Below are positions 62,353-64,000 of a stretch of DNA of 64,000 nt, in pieces (position 1 is the first letter of the stretch; the number at the start of each line of letters is the position of its first letter). The notes beneath the pieces were generated by a model. The model was not told the origin of the DNA, did not search any database, and saw only the letters and a program-made list of their open reading frames with translations. Source of the stretch: Thermoleophilia bacterium (GTDB taxonomy: Bacteria; Actinomycetota; Thermoleophilia; RBG-16-64-13); the NCBI GenBank assembly GCA_040770645.1, contig JAXGIS010000005.1, positions 13,333 to 77,332 of the forward strand, given 5' to 3'. Position numbers and translations under genes: made by a program.

Positions 62353-63369
62353 CTATCCCAGCGTCTTTCCCACCCAGGCCACCATCTCGGCGATGCGGGC
62401 GGCCGTGCGGGCGAATCCGGCCGGGTTCAATGACTGAGCGCCATCACACAACGCGGTCTCAGGTGCCGGATGGGCTTCGATGATGAGGCCGTCGGCGCCC
62501 GCGGCGATGGCGGCGAGCGATAGTGGCTCGATCAGCTCCACTCTCCCCGAGGCGTGACTGGGATCTACGATCACGGGTAAGTGCGACCTGGCTTTGATGA
62601 TGGGCACGGCCGCGATGTCGAGGGTGTTGCGGGTTGCCGTCTCGAAAGTGCGGATGCCCCGTTCGCACAGTATGACCTGCGGATTGCCCGCCCGTACCAC
62701 GTACTCGGCGGCCATGAGCAGTTCCTCGATGGTGGCGGACAGCCCCCGCTTCAGGAGCACGGGCAGTCCCGCCTCCCCCACTGCGGCCAACAGGTGGAAG
62801 TTCTGCATGTTGCGGGCACCGATTTGAATGACATCCGCGTAGCGCAGCACCAGATCCAGATGGCGAGGGTCCATGAGTTCAGTCACAACCGGAAGTCCGG
62901 TCTCCTCTCTCGCTTCCGCCAGGTACTGCAAAGCCTCCTCACCCAGACCTTGGAAGGCGTAGGGAGAGGTGCGCGGCTTGAATGCGCCGCCACGTACACC
63001 AGTAGCTCCCGAAGCCTTGACGAAGCGGGCGGCCTCGAGCGTCTGTTCGCGGCTTTCGACCGAGCATGGGCCGGCTATGAGCCCGAAGTGGCCGCCTCCC
63101 AGCTGAGTGGCCCCCAAGGGCACCACCGTGTCACTGCGCCGGAACTCGCGACTGACCAGCTTGTAAGGCCTGAGGAGTGTGACCACCCGGTCAACACCGG
63201 GCAGGGCTTCCAGAGGAAGCCCTGCCACCATTTCGCGATCTCCCTCAATGGCGATGGTGGTTACGGTCTCGCTGCAGTATATGTGGGCTTCTGCACCGGC
63301 CCCGCGCAATCGCTCCACAACAAGGTCTATCTCTGTGGGCGTGGCGCCCTCGTTCATGATGATCATCAT
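62353..63369 (-). CDS. 3-deoxy-7-phosphoheptulonate synthase (type I-beta) with an N-terminal regulatory domain.
   Basis: GPCSVES...[13 protein letters not shown]...IGARNMQN. N-terminal ferredoxin-like/ACT-like extension. Confidence 0.85.
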   Translation of the reverse strand: MMIIMNEGATPTEIDLVVERLRGAGAEAHIYCSETVTTIAIEGDREMVAGLPLEALPGVDRVVTLLRPYKLVSREFRRSDTVVPLGATQLGGGHFGLIAGPCSVESREQTLEAARFVKASGATGVRGGAFKPRTSPYAFQGLGEEALQYLAEAREETGLPVVTELMDPRHLDLVLRYADVIQIGARNMQNFHLLAAVGEAGLPVLLKRGLSATIEELLMAAEYVVRAGNPQVILCERGIRTFETATRNTLDIAAVPIIKARSHLPVIVDPSHASGRVELIEPLSLAAIAAGADGLIIEAHPAPETALCDGAQSLNPAGFARTAARIAEMVAWVGKTLG

Positions 63370-63438
63370 GGGAATGTATCCTCCCGAGTTGCAAATCCCG
63401 ACATGCTCACTGTCTAGCCGGGAAGGGCTGAACGACGA

Positions 63439-64000
63439 CTACGGATGCGCCTGAGAGAGGATGGCGAAAGCCTCCAGGAAACGGTCGTTCTCCTCAACCG
63501 TTCCGAGGGTTACGCGCACCCACCCCGGGCAATCCATAAAATAGCCTGACCGCGTCATTACCCCTCGGGCGAGAAGCAGACGCGGTACCTCCTCTCCGGG
63601 CACGCTGAGCCCTTCGACGTTCACAAGGAGGAAGTTGGCTTGACTCGGGACATACGCTCTGCCCATCCTTGAGAGCGCCTGGGCCACGCGTTCACGCTCG
63701 CGGGCGACGTGCTCACGACGGGCATGCATGCGGTTGGGATGTCTCAATGCTTCACTCGCGGCAACCTGAGCGAGCGTATTCACGTTGTACGGCTGACGCA
63801 ACTTGTCAATGGCCTGTACCACGGACGCATGGGCAATGCCGTAGCCCACTCGGAGGCCGGCAAGACCGTAGATCTTGGAGAAGGTACGTAAGATGACCAG
63901 ATTGGGGAACTCCGATATCCAAGATGAGGTGTCCTGGTGGCGGGCCGTGACGTACTCAACGTATGCTTCATCCAGGACCACCAACACATTCGGCGGCATG
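63439..64000 (-). CDS. hisC: Histidinol-phosphate / aromatic aminotransferase (class II), C-terminal part. The gene continues past the window end.
   Basis: PLP-lysine motif TFSKIYGLAGLRVGY. Confidence 0.7.
   Translation of the reverse strand, partial: MPPNVLVVLDEAYVEYVTARHQDTSSWISEFPNLVILRTFSKIYGLAGLRVGYGIAHASVVQAIDKLRQPYNVNTLAQVAASEALRHPNRMHARREHVARERERVAQALSRMGRAYVPSQANFLLVNVEGLSVPGEEVPRLLLARGVMTRSGYFMDCPGWVRVTLGTVEENDRFLEAFAILSQAHP

Noticed and set aside
1-64000. A search for CRISPR arrays, rRNA, and transposases or integrases.
   Set aside because: No regularly spaced direct repeats, no rRNA-like segments, and no ORF with DDE or tyrosine/serine recombinase motifs were seen.

Overview
This 64 kb window has about 65% GC and is a densely packed housekeeping region. 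Its gene order matches deep-branching high-GC Gram-positive bacteria of the Actinobacteria type: recG-rsmD-coaD, yceD-rpmF, pdxS-(pdxT)-yebC-ruvCAB, queH/queA/tgt-yajC-secDF, recJ-relA-MBL-hisS-aspS, alaS-ruvX-mltG-aroE, gcvH-FHA-MerR and DUF881-sbp-DUF881. Two things stand out against this backbone. First, a type IV pilus motor cluster (pilB-pilT-pilC) sits directly after aroE and is followed by its own sigma-70-family factor. Second, about 3 kb further on, a Myxococcus-style polarity module lies divergently: Roadblock/LC7 MglB next to the Ras-like GTPase MglA, opposite a PATAN (DUF4388) protein. That module, with a VanW gene, is wedged between two otherwise contiguous conserved blocks (gcvH-FHA-MerR and DUF881-sbp-DUF881), and the region reads as lower in GC than its flanks. 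Two unrecognised, translationally coupled small proteins lie between gcvH and an FHA/zinc-ribbon protein. The other striking property is technical. Essential genes (secD, alaS, hisS, aspS, relA, ruvA, pilT, cmk, aroA, gpsA and others) are split by roughly 30 single-base frameshifts, almost all explainable as 1-nt deletions in homopolymer runs. This points to uncorrected sequencing or assembly indels rather than genuine pseudogenes. pdxT is the exception: it is reduced to about 320 bp and looks genuinely internally deleted. There is one tRNA-Pro(GGG), and I found no rRNA, CRISPR array or transposase.
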